Notes: generated from the letters alone by a model not told the origin. A DNA stretch of 64,000 nt from Thermoanaerobaculia bacterium (GCA_034665065.1 JAXDGL010000014.1:4916-68915); one strand, 5' to 3'; numbered from the stretch's first letter, positions 28,835 to 38,876 are shown. Made by a program: numbers and translations.

Positions 28835-30216
28835 TGCCGAAGTGCTGCCGGAGCGGCGGACATCTCCCCCACGCGCGCGGCGATCACGTCTCCAGTCCGC
28901 ACGACGATGCCGGCTCCTGCCGGCGCGAAGTCGCGCGAACGCTGCACGTACCAGCCCGGATTGCTGGGCGCGTTCACGACGCCCGGGCGCAAGTCGGCGC
29001 CGAGACTCGGATAGTAATGCCGGAGCGCACCGGCATACGACGGGTTGCTGAAGATCGGCTCGCCGGCGCGGTGCGCGTTCACGACGGTCGCGTAAAGCTC
29101 GCGCAGATCCTCAATGTGCATGTACGTGCGGTTGTACGTGTCGCCCGACGCGCCAACGAAGACGACCGGCACAACGAGCAGGAGCAGGAGAGGAATACGC
29201 CGCGCGGCTGCTGCCAATGACGCAGCGATGAGGAGGAACAACGATGGGAAGCAGAAAATCATCAACCGGACTTCACCGTATGGGTAGATGTGGAACGCGC
29301 TGGCAGCCGCCACTTCGATTGGCGGGAGGATCGCAAGCAGCAGCACGACGATATTTCGTTCGCGAATGATCCAGACCAATCCGAGAAGGCCCACTGCCAG
29401 CCACCAGAAGCGGACCAGATTCAGCGACTGTCCCATCCAGTGCATCGTGCCGGTGACAAAGAGCGAGGGAGAGGTAACCCAGCGGCCGGTGGCGGTGAAG
29501 AACTCGGTCATGTCTCCATGCAGACGGACCGTTTCCGGACCGGGCGCGAGCCAACCGAAATACGCCACGCCCCAGAGAGCGAACACGATCGCGAAGCCGG
29601 CCAGCATTCGCGGCTGGCGGATGGAGATCACGGCCATTGCCGCCAGCAAGAAGATGGGCGAGTGAAGCGTCAGCACGGCGATCGCGCTCACCGCAAAAAA
29701 GGCGGCGACCACCCACGCCTTCGGCGATTCACGAAGCCGTAGAAAAAGCACGATCAGCGCAGCAACGAAGCACCCTTCGAGCGTGTATTGCTTCAGGTGC
29801 TCCGAATAGAAAATCAGCGGACTGGAAAAGGCGAGCAGTACGGCCCAGACGAAGCGCGTCAGGCGCGGGAACGGCGCTGCGAGAGCGATGGCACACAGCG
29901 CGACTCCGAAAATCGCCGGCGGCTCGCGGAGCGCCGCGTCGGAAAATCCTCGAACGCTGCTCCAGACGCGCTCGATCCAGTAGAAAAGCGGCGGCGCGTT
30001 GAACGTGTGCGGACGCAATCCACCTCGCTGGACCAGCTCCGAGACCCACACCTCATCTTCGAAAAGAGTGGTGCCGAGGTTGCGGAAGCGGATCGCGGCG
30101 GCCGTGGCCAGCAGGAGGCCGCACGCGAGCGCGTACCATAGATCGTCGTTATTGCGTTCGTTCGTGATCACGAGGCTGCCCGATGCGCTGATGAATGCGA
30201 GGCAGCATGATCTCAC
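28831..30216 (-). CDS. Polytopic membrane protein; GT-C-type glycosyltransferase candidate
   Basis: The track ORF runs to 30519, but its first roughly 100 codons are S/R-rich and overlap the upstream gene. The probable start is the GTG at codon 102 (VRSCCLAFISASGSLVITNERNNDDLWYA...). About 12 TM helices. Confidence 0.5.
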   Translation of the reverse strand: MRSCCLAFISASGSLVITNERNNDDLWYALACGLLLATAAAIRFRNLGTTLFEDEVWVSELVQRGGLRPHTFNAPPLFYWIERVWSSVRGFSDAALREPPAIFGVALCAIALAAPFPRLTRFVWAVLLAFSSPLIFYSEHLKQYTLEGCFVAALIVLFLRLRESPKAWVVAAFFAVSAIAVLTLHSPIFLLAAMAVISIRQPRMLAGFAIVFALWGVAYFGWLAPGPETVRLHGDMTEFFTATGRWVTSPSLFVTGTMHWMGQSLNLVRFWWLAVGLLGLVWIIRERNIVVLLLAILPPIEVAAASAFHIYPYGEVRLMIFCFPSLFLLIAASLAAAARRIPLLLLLVVPVVFVGASGDTYNRTYMHIEDLRELYATVVNAHRAGEPIFSNPSYAGALRHYYPSLGADLRPGVVNAPSNPGWYVQRSRDFAPAGAGIVVRTGDVIAARVGEMSAAPAALRQ

Positions 30217-30253
30217 GCGCGGGAACGCGTCCGCACTCCGGGATCGAAGACTG

Positions 30254-31243
30254 CTACCGACGCTGCGATCGCAAGCGCGCGATCCGTTCCTGAGGCGGCA
30301 GTTCCGCGAGCTCGTAGTAACGCCTGACAGCCGGCGCTGCGTCACCCTGCACTTTCTCCGACTGCGGCGCGTGCCAGAGATGAACGATCGGAAGGTAGCC
30401 GAAGCGCGTGGCGCGAAGCGTCTCCGCGCGTTCCCAGAAATCGACATCCTCACCACCCCATCCGACGAATTTCTCATCGAGTCCGCCGATCGCGTCGTAG
30501 GCCTCACGCCTGATGGCAACGCTTCCGCCGTGAAGATTCTGGATCACGACCTCGCTGTGTTCGTCGAGCGCCAGCCGCTGCGCCGCGATCACCCGTGTCG
30601 TATCCACCGGCGTCAGATAGAAGATGAAGCGCTTCAGATCGACCGCTTCCCACCCATTCTCGACGTGCGCAGCCACCTCGGCCGCATACCGCTCCGGCAC
30701 CAGCATGTCGTTGTCGTGCAGCACGATCGTTCGTCCGCGCGCCGCTGCGGCACCGGTGTTGAACGTCATGGCGCGATTGTATGGATCGGACTCCCCCACT
30801 GGCTGATGGATGTAGCGAACCCACGAGGGCAGCGCGCTCTCGATCTGATTCCGGACATCCTGTTCGATGACGATGCACTCGATCGCAGCGTCGCGCTGCG
30901 CCGCGATCGATCGCAAGGTCAGCAACAGCAGTGGCAACCGCGCAAGACCTCGATGCCCGATCAGGAAGGTAACTTGCGGAGCCTGCGCGTGATCCAGTGC
31001 GCTGGCCAGACGAATCGGCCATTGCGCAAGCGCGGCGCGCAGCAGACGAACATCCGCACCCGGTACGAAGCGGCAATAGTCGACGGGCGACGTCCATCGC
31101 CATTCGCAACGGGCGCCCGGCCCGGAATCATTGATGGTGATCGTTTCGTGCCGGTTGCGGATCAGGTCCCACCGGCCGCGAACGTGACGCTCGAAGCGCA
31201 CGCTGTCGTAGGCAAGGGCACCGAGAAATTGTCGCAAAGGCAT
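30254..31243 (-). CDS. Glycosyltransferase (GT2-like with a beta-1,4-galactosyltransferase-type WGGED motif)
   Basis: QVTFLIGHRG...LRSIAAQ, a DND motif and WGGEDVDFWER. Confidence 0.7.
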   Translation of the reverse strand: MPLRQFLGALAYDSVRFERHVRGRWDLIRNRHETITINDSGPGARCEWRWTSPVDYCRFVPGADVRLLRAALAQWPIRLASALDHAQAPQVTFLIGHRGLARLPLLLLTLRSIAAQRDAAIECIVIEQDVRNQIESALPSWVRYIHQPVGESDPYNRAMTFNTGAAAARGRTIVLHDNDMLVPERYAAEVAAHVENGWEAVDLKRFIFYLTPVDTTRVIAAQRLALDEHSEVVIQNLHGGSVAIRREAYDAIGGLDEKFVGWGGEDVDFWERAETLRATRFGYLPIVHLWHAPQSEKVQGDAAPAVRRYYELAELPPQERIARLRSQRR

Positions 31244-31442
31244 CGCGCCATTCTAGGCTGAGGAACGCATCGTGGAGGCGAGCAGCCTCTGATCCGTCGC
31301 CGCTACTACGCCAAGCCGTTCACTTCTCGCTCATAATCAGGTACTCGATGGAGTTTGTGGCGGGCAGTTCTTAAAAGCATTTCACGCGGAGACGCGGGGG
31401 ACGCGGAGAAAACCGCGCTCGCATCGCCTCGATCACGACGAC

Positions 31443-33278
31443 GTGCTTACGGTTCAGAATTCCAACAGAAAGCGGCAACCTCGACGAATGCTTCAGGATC
31501 TCCTCTACCCCTTCGATGCCGCCCACCTTTTGCGGCATCGCAAACGTATTCGCCGGCAGTTGCTGGAAGGCAGCAACTGGATCGACATCCGAATTGCCAC
31601 CCTTGCCGGAAGCACCGCGCAAGAGGTGCTCGATCTCCTCGAGTTGTTCCTTCTCAATGACGGAATCCGCCCCACGTTTTACCAGTCGGACTACAACCGC
31701 TACTACGAGGAGGCGCTGTTCGACAGCGCGCGGCTCGAAGAGTTCCAGCCGGATCTCGTCTACGTCCACACGTCCGCGGTCAACGTCCACCACCACCCGA
31801 CGATCACGTCCACCGCTGACGAGATCGCAGAGCTCATCGAATCGGAAGTGAATCGCTACGAATCGATCTGGAAGGCGGTCACGGAAAAGACGCGCTGTCA
31901 GGTGATTCAGAACAACTTCGAGGCTCCCGCAACACGGGGCACGGGGAGTTTCGACTATGCGTCGCCATCGGGACGAACGCGCTTCTTCACGCTTCTCAAC
32001 GCCGCGATGGCGCAGCGAGCGTCGAACGGCCGGCGAGTCGTCATGCACGACCTTGCAACGGCCGCATCGATCACCGGTCTCGATCAGTGGAGCGATCCCG
32101 CACGATGGTTCAGCTACAAGATTTCCACCACTCCCGCGGGCAGCGCGATGTGGGCTCATTCGCTGGCCAACACGATTCGGGCGATCTATGGCCGCTCGCG
32201 CAAATGCCTCGTTCTCGATCTCGACAAGACGCTGTGGGGTGGCGTGATCGGCGACGACGGCGCCGGCAACATCCGCATCGGGCGGGAAACAGCCGAGGGA
32301 GAGGCGTTCACGGCATTTCAGGAGTATTGCCTGGCGCTGCAGCAGCGCGGAGTGATTCTGGCAGTCTGCTCGAAGAATGAGGACCTCATCGCCAGAGAAG
32401 GTTTCGCACATCCCGCGACCACTCTGCGGCTCGAACATTTTTCCGCGTTCGTGGCGAACTGGGAACCGAAATCCGAGAACATCCGCCGCATCGCGTCGAC
32501 GCTCAACATCGGCCTGGACAGCATGGTCTTCGTCGATGACAACCCGGCGGAGCGCGAGATCGTACGTTCGCAGCTTCCGGCAGTGGCTGTTCCCGAAGTC
32601 GGCGACGACGTGAGCCGCTATCCGCTCATGATCGACCGCGGCGGCTACTTCGACATCGTCACGCTGTCATCCGACGACATCAATCGCAGCAGGCAGTACG
32701 CCGCCAACGAAGAACGGACCGCCCTGAGCGGGGCGTACGGCAGCTATGGCGATTATCTGACCGCTCTCACGATGCGCGCGGAGATCGCGCCGTTCCGCGA
32801 CGTATACCTCGAGCGAATCACGCAGCTCACGAACAAAACGAATCAGTTCAATCTCACCACACGGCGCTACACGATGAGCGAGATCGCCGAGATCGCATCC
32901 GACCCGCGTTACATCACGCTGTATGGCCGCCTCGAAGACCGATTCGGCGACAATGGGCTGGTGAGCGCGATCATCGGCCGCAAGGAAGAATCCGCGCTGC
33001 ACATCGATCTCTGGCTGATGAGCTGCCGCGTGATTCAGAGAGAGATGGAGCTGGCGATGCTGGACGCGCTTGTCGAGAAGGCGCTCGACGCCGGCATCCA
33101 GACGATCAACGGCTGGTACGAACGGACTCCGAAGAACAACATGGTGGCCGATCACTACGCCAGGCTCGGATTCACGAAAGTCCCCGCTGCGGATGACGGC
33201 AGCAGGAGCGACTGGATCCTCGATCTTCGTTCCGGCTATGCCCCTCGCAATACACACATCGAAAGGATTGCCCTTTGA
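31443..33278 (+). CDS. FkbH-like HAD-superfamily (subfamily IIIC) protein with an N-terminal extension of about 230 aa; probable loader of a glycolysis-derived glyceryl unit onto a carrier protein
   Basis: HAD motif I (CLVLDLDKTLWGGVIGDDG), FVDDNPAEREIV, and C-terminal regions recalled from FkbH/OzmB-type proteins. The start may instead be the Met at codon 16. Confidence 0.75.
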   Translation: MLTVQNSNRKRQPRRMLQDLLYPFDAAHLLRHRKRIRRQLLEGSNWIDIRIATLAGSTAQEVLDLLELFLLNDGIRPTFYQSDYNRYYEEALFDSARLEEFQPDLVYVHTSAVNVHHHPTITSTADEIAELIESEVNRYESIWKAVTEKTRCQVIQNNFEAPATRGTGSFDYASPSGRTRFFTLLNAAMAQRASNGRRVVMHDLATAASITGLDQWSDPARWFSYKISTTPAGSAMWAHSLANTIRAIYGRSRKCLVLDLDKTLWGGVIGDDGAGNIRIGRETAEGEAFTAFQEYCLALQQRGVILAVCSKNEDLIAREGFAHPATTLRLEHFSAFVANWEPKSENIRRIASTLNIGLDSMVFVDDNPAEREIVRSQLPAVAVPEVGDDVSRYPLMIDRGGYFDIVTLSSDDINRSRQYAANEERTALSGAYGSYGDYLTALTMRAEIAPFRDVYLERITQLTNKTNQFNLTTRRYTMSEIAEIASDPRYITLYGRLEDRFGDNGLVSAIIGRKEESALHIDLWLMSCRVIQREMELAMLDALVEKALDAGIQTINGWYERTPKNNMVADHYARLGFTKVPAADDGSRSDWILDLRSGYAPRNTHIERIAL

Positions 33279-33514
33279 CCGACACACTGGAGAGACTGCA
33301 GCCCATTTTCCGCGATGTTCTCGACGATCCAAAGCTGGTGATCGATCGCCAGTCGAACGCACGCAATGTCGAGGGGTGGGACTCGCTGGCGCACATCAAT
33401 CTGATCGCTTCGATCGAACAGGACTTCCACGTCCGCTTCGCGCTCGGCGAGCTGCAGGATCTCGAGAACGTCGGTGACATGATCGACCTCATCGAACGGA
33501 AGCAGCAGACGTGA
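33275..33514 (+). CDS. Acyl carrier protein (ACP-1)
   Basis: 79 aa with the phosphopantetheine attachment motif EGWDSLAHINL. 4-nt overlap with the FkbH-like gene. Confidence 0.85.
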   Translation: MTDTLERLQPIFRDVLDDPKLVIDRQSNARNVEGWDSLAHINLIASIEQDFHVRFALGELQDLENVGDMIDLIERKQQT

Positions 33515-33930
33515 ACGAATACCGGTGGGCGGATCTGGCCATCGGGATGCGCGAGCAGTTTGCGGTCCTCATCGAAGAATCGACGGTCGACGCGTTCGTT
33601 GCGCTGACAGGCGACATCAATCCTCTTCACGCCGATTCCGATGCGGCGCGCGAAGCCGGGTTTCATACGCGCCTCGTTCACGGTCTGCTCACCACTTCCT
33701 ATTACTCGACGCTCGTCGGCGTCTACCTGCCGGGGCGCTACGCTCTGCTTCAGGGTATCGATGTCAAATTCGCACTTCCGGTCTACCCGGGCGATACTTT
33801 GACGGTGTCGGGCGAGATCACCTTTCTGAGCGAAGCGGTTCGTCTGGCGGAGATCGCCGGCGAAATCCGCAACGGAGAAGGAGCGCGCATTTCGAAAGCG
33901 AAGATACGAGTAGGTATCCGTGAGCGATGA
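33511..33930 (+). CDS. MaoC-like (R)-specific hydratase/dehydratase (hotdog fold)
   Basis: ALTGDINPLHADSDAAREAGFHTRLVHGLLT hotdog active-site region. 4-nt overlap with the ACP gene. Confidence 0.8.
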   Translation: MNEYRWADLAIGMREQFAVLIEESTVDAFVALTGDINPLHADSDAAREAGFHTRLVHGLLTTSYYSTLVGVYLPGRYALLQGIDVKFALPVYPGDTLTVSGEITFLSEAVRLAEIAGEIRNGEGARISKAKIRVGIRER

Positions 33931-34675
33931 ATCGATTCTCATTACCGGCGCATCCTCCGACATCGGGGAGGCGCTCGTCAGGCGGCTCGCGGCGAGCAAC
34001 GCAGCGCGCCCGCTGATCTGTCACTACAGCAGCGGCCGAACGCGGATCGAAGAACTTCAGAAAGAGCTCGGTCCATCCATCGTCCCGATGCGGGGCGACT
34101 TCTCATCGAGCGCATCGATCGACGCATTCATCGAGTCGCTCCGCGCCGCCAACGTTGCTCCCTACTCCTTCGTGCATCTTCCCGCCAGCAAGCTCCGCTA
34201 TGAGCGATTTTCGAAGCAGACGCGGTTACAGTTCGAGCGCGATTGGCAGATCCAGGTCGGCTCGGCGATCGCAATCCTCCAATACTCGCTGGCCGGGCAG
34301 AAGCGGCTCTCCGACAAGCAGCTCCCCCGCCGCCGCGTCGTCTTCGCCCTTTCCAGCGTCACCCTCGGCACTCCGCCGAAATACCTATCGATGTACACGG
34401 CGATCAAGTACGCGCAACTCGGCCTCATGCGGTCACTGGCCGTCGAGTACGGCGACCTCGGCGTATCGGTGAATGCCGTTTCGCCGTCGATGGTGGAGAC
34501 GCAGCTTCTTTCCGAAGTGCCGCGGCAGATCGTCGAGACCAGTCAGTCGCAGAATCCGATGGGACGCAACGCCACTCCCGGCGATGTCGCAGCGGTAATC
34601 GAGTTTCTCCTGTCTGATCAGGCAGACTTCATCAACGGCGCAAACGTTCCTGTAACCGGCGGCAGCATTCTCTGA
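33920..34675 (+). CDS. SDR-family oxidoreductase (FabG-like ketoacyl/acyl-carrier reductase)
   Basis: ILITGASSDIGEAL cofactor motif and a catalytic YTAIKYA (YxxxK) motif. Confidence 0.85.
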   Translation: MSDESILITGASSDIGEALVRRLAASNAARPLICHYSSGRTRIEELQKELGPSIVPMRGDFSSSASIDAFIESLRAANVAPYSFVHLPASKLRYERFSKQTRLQFERDWQIQVGSAIAILQYSLAGQKRLSDKQLPRRRVVFALSSVTLGTPPKYLSMYTAIKYAQLGLMRSLAVEYGDLGVSVNAVSPSMVETQLLSEVPRQIVETSQSQNPMGRNATPGDVAAVIEFLLSDQADFINGANVPVTGGSIL

Positions 34676-36114
34676 TGCCGTTCAACTCCTTCCCATTCGT
34701 TCTTCTGTTTCTGCCGGTCGTCGTCATCGCGTATCGGGCCGCACTCCGGATCTCCCCCGCCGCGGCCCGAGGAGCTTTGCTTCTCTCCTCGCTGCTCTTT
34801 TACGCGCTCAATAGCTGGAAACATCTGCCGGTCCTGATCGCAAGCATTCTCGTGAATTTCGTTGTCGCGCATCGGATCGCGCAGCAATCCGAGAGACGGC
34901 CGCGCGTTGTTTGGCTATGGGCCGGAATCGTTTTCAACCTTGGGCTCCTTTGTCTGTTCAAGTATGCGAGCACCCTCCCGCTGCTCTCCGTCGCCATTCC
35001 CTCCTGGGGATTTCCGCTCGGCCTGAGCTTTTTCACGCTGCAGCAGGTGGCATTGCTCGTCGACGTGTACGAGGAACTGCTCCCGCCGCAGCGACTCGGC
35101 ATGCATGCGCTGTTCGTCTCGTTTTTTCCCTACGTAACGGCCGGACCGATCAGCCGCGGCAAACGGATGTTTCCGCAGTTGGAGCGAGGAGGGAACGATC
35201 GCGATTACGCGTTCGATGCCGCTCGAGGCTTGGCGATTTTCGGCATGGGGTTGTTCAAGAAGGCCGTGTTCGCTGAATGCTTTCGGACGATCGCGGACAA
35301 AGGTCTCGATCACCCCTACCTACTCTCCTCACTCGAAGCGTGGATCTGTTCGTTCGCCTACACCATGCAGATCTACTTCGACTTCAGCGGCTACACCGAT
35401 ATGGCCATCGGCGTGGCACTCCTGATTGGCTTCGACATTCCGCGCAACTTCGACGCACCGTACCGCTCACGCTCCATCATCGAGTTCTGGCAGAGATGGC
35501 ACATCAGTCTCTCCCAGTTCATCACGACCTATCTCTACACGCCGATCATCCGCCTCTTCCGGCGGGCAACGTTGCGCGCCGCGGCAATCGCGACGATGGC
35601 GTCGATGCTCATCGCCGGGATCTGGCACGGCTCGTCATGGAACTTCGTGATCTTCGGCGGACTTCATGGTCTGGCTCTCGTGGCTAATCAGCTCTGGAAA
35701 AAGAAAACGAAGCGCCGCCTGCCGGCCCTGGCCGCGTGGGCGCTGACACTGACGTGGGTCAACCTTGCCTTCATCTTCTTTCGTCTGCCCGATCTCTCCT
35801 CCGCGCTGCATGTATCGCGGATGCTGATTCCGTTCGACAACCCTTTTGCAGGCTCGGCGATTTTTGTTTCTCCATCCGCGCGCAGCGGCGTCAAGGAGAT
35901 CGCGGACATCATGGCCCGTCCCGCTCTCTGGACGGTCGGACTGCCTGCATTGATCGCTGCACCGCTGGCTGTGCTTGGGCCAACGTCCCATTGGTGGCTG
36001 GACGATTTTCGCCCTACTCTGATCACCGCCGCGGCCATCGCGGCAATCCTTTTGATCGCGTTTCTCTTCATGAACTCAGCCAATGCAACCGACTTCATCT
36101 ACTTCCGGTTCTGA
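34675..36114 (+). CDS. MBOAT-family membrane-bound O-acyltransferase (DltB/AlgI/PatA type)
   Basis: Polytopic protein with the MBOAT signature region DAPYRSRSIIEFWQRWHISLSQF and a conserved His. Confidence 0.85.
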   Translation: MPFNSFPFVLLFLPVVVIAYRAALRISPAAARGALLLSSLLFYALNSWKHLPVLIASILVNFVVAHRIAQQSERRPRVVWLWAGIVFNLGLLCLFKYASTLPLLSVAIPSWGFPLGLSFFTLQQVALLVDVYEELLPPQRLGMHALFVSFFPYVTAGPISRGKRMFPQLERGGNDRDYAFDAARGLAIFGMGLFKKAVFAECFRTIADKGLDHPYLLSSLEAWICSFAYTMQIYFDFSGYTDMAIGVALLIGFDIPRNFDAPYRSRSIIEFWQRWHISLSQFITTYLYTPIIRLFRRATLRAAAIATMASMLIAGIWHGSSWNFVIFGGLHGLALVANQLWKKKTKRRLPALAAWALTLTWVNLAFIFFRLPDLSSALHVSRMLIPFDNPFAGSAIFVSPSARSGVKEIADIMARPALWTVGLPALIAAPLAVLGPTSHWWLDDFRPTLITAAAIAAILLIAFLFMNSANATDFIYFRF

Positions 36115-37036
36115 AAAAGGAGCGAGCGTTTCCGACGCTCTCCCGCGGCCACGGTTGAGCGCCGCCGCATGGTCGCGCATCGTGATTCTCACCGTCGCCG
36201 TAATCGGCGGCTCGTTCGCGGCGATGAACCACTACCTCGACCCGATGGGCGTCTTTCATTCCAAACCTCACGTCAGCATCTACACCAACGAGCGATGGTC
36301 GAAATACCTGTTGAGTACGCGTTACGTGCCCGAGAACTTCGACGCAGTACTCGTCGGCACGTCGGCCACGGACAACTGGAACACGGGCCTGATTCTGCCG
36401 CTGCGCACGTACAACCTGTCGCTCGAAGGGGGAAACGCGTCCGAGGCAAGGGTGCTGCTCGAGAATGTGATCAGGCGCAGAAGACCGAAGATCGTTTTCT
36501 TCTGCATCCATCCGTACCTCACTGCAAGCTACGGGCGCCAGACTCCCTACATGACGAAGGCTGACTACTGGAGCGCGCTCGGCTCACTCGAGTTGCTGAG
36601 GACCTATCAGGGCGAACTGCGCGTGAAGCGAGGTACGAGCCAGCAGGAGTTCAATGAGTTCGGCCAGCGATTCTTCAATATTCCGGCTCGCCCGTGGCAT
36701 GCCACATTCAATGGAGCCGATTGGTATCGCGTCGACGAACGCTCCCTCGCGGACTACGGCGCCATGGTGGCGAATGCAAGAGCCTCGGGCGCGCGCATCG
36801 TTGCAGTCGTTCCGCCCGTGGCGACGGAGTTTTGGCAACTGGCGGGGACCGCGTTTCAGGGATACCAACGGCAGCTCATGCCGTTCTTTCACGAAGGCGA
36901 TCTCGTGATCGACTTCAACACTCCCCCTTACGATTCTCTGCGATCCGATCGTGCGAATTTTCCCGACGGTATCCACCTCACCACGTCTGCAGCGGACGCA
37001 TTTGTGAGAGAGCTGGCGAGATTGGTCAGCCGCTGA
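36083..37036 (+). CDS. Membrane-anchored periplasmic partner of the MBOAT protein (AlgJ/AlgX/DltD-type acyltransferase/esterase-like)
   Basis: N-terminal TM anchor (WSRIVILTVAVIGGSFAAM) followed by a soluble domain of about 280 aa. Position immediately after the MBOAT gene with a 32-nt overlap. Confidence 0.5.
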   Translation: MQPTSSTSGSEKGASVSDALPRPRLSAAAWSRIVILTVAVIGGSFAAMNHYLDPMGVFHSKPHVSIYTNERWSKYLLSTRYVPENFDAVLVGTSATDNWNTGLILPLRTYNLSLEGGNASEARVLLENVIRRRRPKIVFFCIHPYLTASYGRQTPYMTKADYWSALGSLELLRTYQGELRVKRGTSQQEFNEFGQRFFNIPARPWHATFNGADWYRVDERSLADYGAMVANARASGARIVAVVPPVATEFWQLAGTAFQGYQRQLMPFFHEGDLVIDFNTPPYDSLRSDRANFPDGIHLTTSAADAFVRELARLVSR

Positions 37037-37061
37037 ACGTTCGGACCGCTATCATTCGTCA

Positions 37062-37934
37062 ATGAGCGATCCCTGGTATTTCAGCGACTTGGCGTGTCCC
37101 GATTGCGCGGGTCCGATCGAGATCTCTGAAGACAGCCTCACGAGTCGTTGCGGCTTCCAGGCTCCGCTCGCAAAACAACTCGACCTCCGGCCGCAACATC
37201 CGCGGCCACGCACCGTCAGCGTGAATGTCCAGACATCCGCTCCCGAGGATCTGGAGAAGATCGATCTCGCCCGCCCCGACGTGACCTACTCTGGTCCGTC
37301 CGCAATCCGCGACTCTGCCGAGCTGCTCTCCGCTGTCCAGCCGTACCTCCGCACCGGAGCGCGTCTGCTCGACCTCGGATGCGGACCGCGCGACCAGTTC
37401 AGGCCCGCCGAGCATCTCGACCTGCAGTACGTCGGCATCGACTTCGAGTCAGAGAAAGCCGACATCCTGGCAGATGGTCACGCCATTCCCTTCGGTGACG
37501 CCGCGTTCGACGCCGTATTTTCGTACGCGGTTCTCGAGCACCTGCACACACCGTCGCTTGCACTATCGGAAGTCGCGCGCGTGCTCCGCAAGGGAGGGGT
37601 GTTCTTCGGAACCGTGTCGCAAGGAGAGCCGTTTCACAACTCGTTTTTTCACTACACGGCATGGGGCGTGCTCGCCGCGTTTCGGTCCGCCGGCCTGCGC
37701 GCCGTGCGGCTCTGGCCTTCCTACGACACTCTGCACGCACTTGCTGGGATGGGGCGATATCCCCGATTGACCAAACTTCTGATCGAGCTCACCTATCGAT
37801 TCTCAGAAGCCACGCCGTTCCTCGCGCCACGAGCCTTTCTGCACAGCTCGAAGCGCCAGAAGGAAGTGGAGCGAATTCATCGCGCCGCAAGCATCTGTTT
37901 CGTGGCCCTGCACGACGACGCGTGGAACGCTTGA
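37062..37934 (+). CDS. Class I SAM-dependent methyltransferase with an N-terminal Cys4 zinc ribbon
   Basis: CPDC...C N-terminus, motif I (LLDLGCGPRD) and motif post-II (LRKGGVFFGTV). Confidence 0.75.
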   Translation: MSDPWYFSDLACPDCAGPIEISEDSLTSRCGFQAPLAKQLDLRPQHPRPRTVSVNVQTSAPEDLEKIDLARPDVTYSGPSAIRDSAELLSAVQPYLRTGARLLDLGCGPRDQFRPAEHLDLQYVGIDFESEKADILADGHAIPFGDAAFDAVFSYAVLEHLHTPSLALSEVARVLRKGGVFFGTVSQGEPFHNSFFHYTAWGVLAAFRSAGLRAVRLWPSYDTLHALAGMGRYPRLTKLLIELTYRFSEATPFLAPRAFLHSSKRQKEVERIHRAASICFVALHDDAWNA

Positions 37935-37952
37935 ACGACGAGGGATCGATGC

Positions 37953-38507
37953 TCAGCCACTGCGCTCGCCGATGACGCGCGCCGGAACGCCGGCAACGAT
38001 CGCATTCGGCGGAATGTCCTTGGTAACCAGCGAACAGGCAGAGACGATCGCGCCATCTCCGATCGTGACTCCCGCCGCGATCACCGACTGCGGATAGATG
38101 GTGACGTCGTTTCCGATCGCTACCGGCGCACAGCGAATCCCCTGCTCATCCGTCCGCTGCCCTCGTCCGGCAACGTGAGAGTGATCCGAGATAACGACGT
38201 GCGCACCAATAAGGCTGTGCGACCCAATCGTGATCGACTCGGCGGCATGGATGACACAGCCGGTGGCGAGAAATGAGTAGCTGCCAATCTCCAGGCGCGC
38301 CGTCTCACTCACGATCTTGATGTAGACGCCATGCTCGATCTCCACGTGATCACCGAGGAGCATGCATTGCGGCAAGCGAAATCGGGCACCAGTGCCGATC
38401 TGGCTCTTGGTTCCGATCCGAGCGCCACGAAGACGCAGGAACATCGCCCGGACACGTCCGGCGACCAGTCTCGACAGACGCCCCAACCGCTCCAGAGCGT
38501 GCGTCAT
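37953..38507 (-). CDS. Hexapeptide-repeat (LbH) acyltransferase
   Basis: Repeated [LIV]GxxxxI hexapeptides (IGSYSFLATGCVIHAAESITIGSHSLIGAHVVISDHSHV). The start is taken at the internal Met (MTHALERL), as the upstream part of the ORF is low-complexity. Confidence 0.8.
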   Translation of the reverse strand: MTHALERLGRLSRLVAGRVRAMFLRLRGARIGTKSQIGTGARFRLPQCMLLGDHVEIEHGVYIKIVSETARLEIGSYSFLATGCVIHAAESITIGSHSLIGAHVVISDHSHVAGRGQRTDEQGIRCAPVAIGNDVTIYPQSVIAAGVTIGDGAIVSACSLVTKDIPPNAIVAGVPARVIGERSG

Positions 38508-38636
38508 CGCGGCTGTCTGTTCCCGATCTGGTTCCGTCGTTGCGGCGCGATCGTCATCCCGCCGATTATCGCAGGTCTGCTGCGCGCAAACCCGGCAAGC
38601 GATGAATCGCACGTCGCGATCGTTGCCCTACGACCG

Positions 38637-38876
38637 TCACTGCCGAAGCTTCCGCTCGAGCAGATCGGCCATGTCTCCAACGGTCTTCAACGACTGTACT
38701 TCGCCCACGGAGAAGCGGAACGCAAATTCCTTCTCGATCGACGTGATCAGGCTGATCTGCGCGAGGGAGTCCCAGTTCTCGACATTCGCCGGACTCGATT
38801 CGCGCGTCAGCACGAACGACGGCTCGTCGAGGACGTCGCGGAAGATGGGCTCCAGGCGTTGAAGAATGTCGGACAT
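38637..38876 (-). CDS. Acyl carrier protein (ACP-2), paralog of ACP-1
   Basis: 79 aa with ENWDSLAQISL. About 55% identical to ACP-1 over the full length (MSDILQRLEPIFRDVLDEP.. versus MTDTLERLQPIFRDVLDDP..). Confidence 0.8.
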   Translation of the reverse strand: MSDILQRLEPIFRDVLDEPSFVLTRESSPANVENWDSLAQISLITSIEKEFAFRFSVGEVQSLKTVGDMADLLERKLRQ

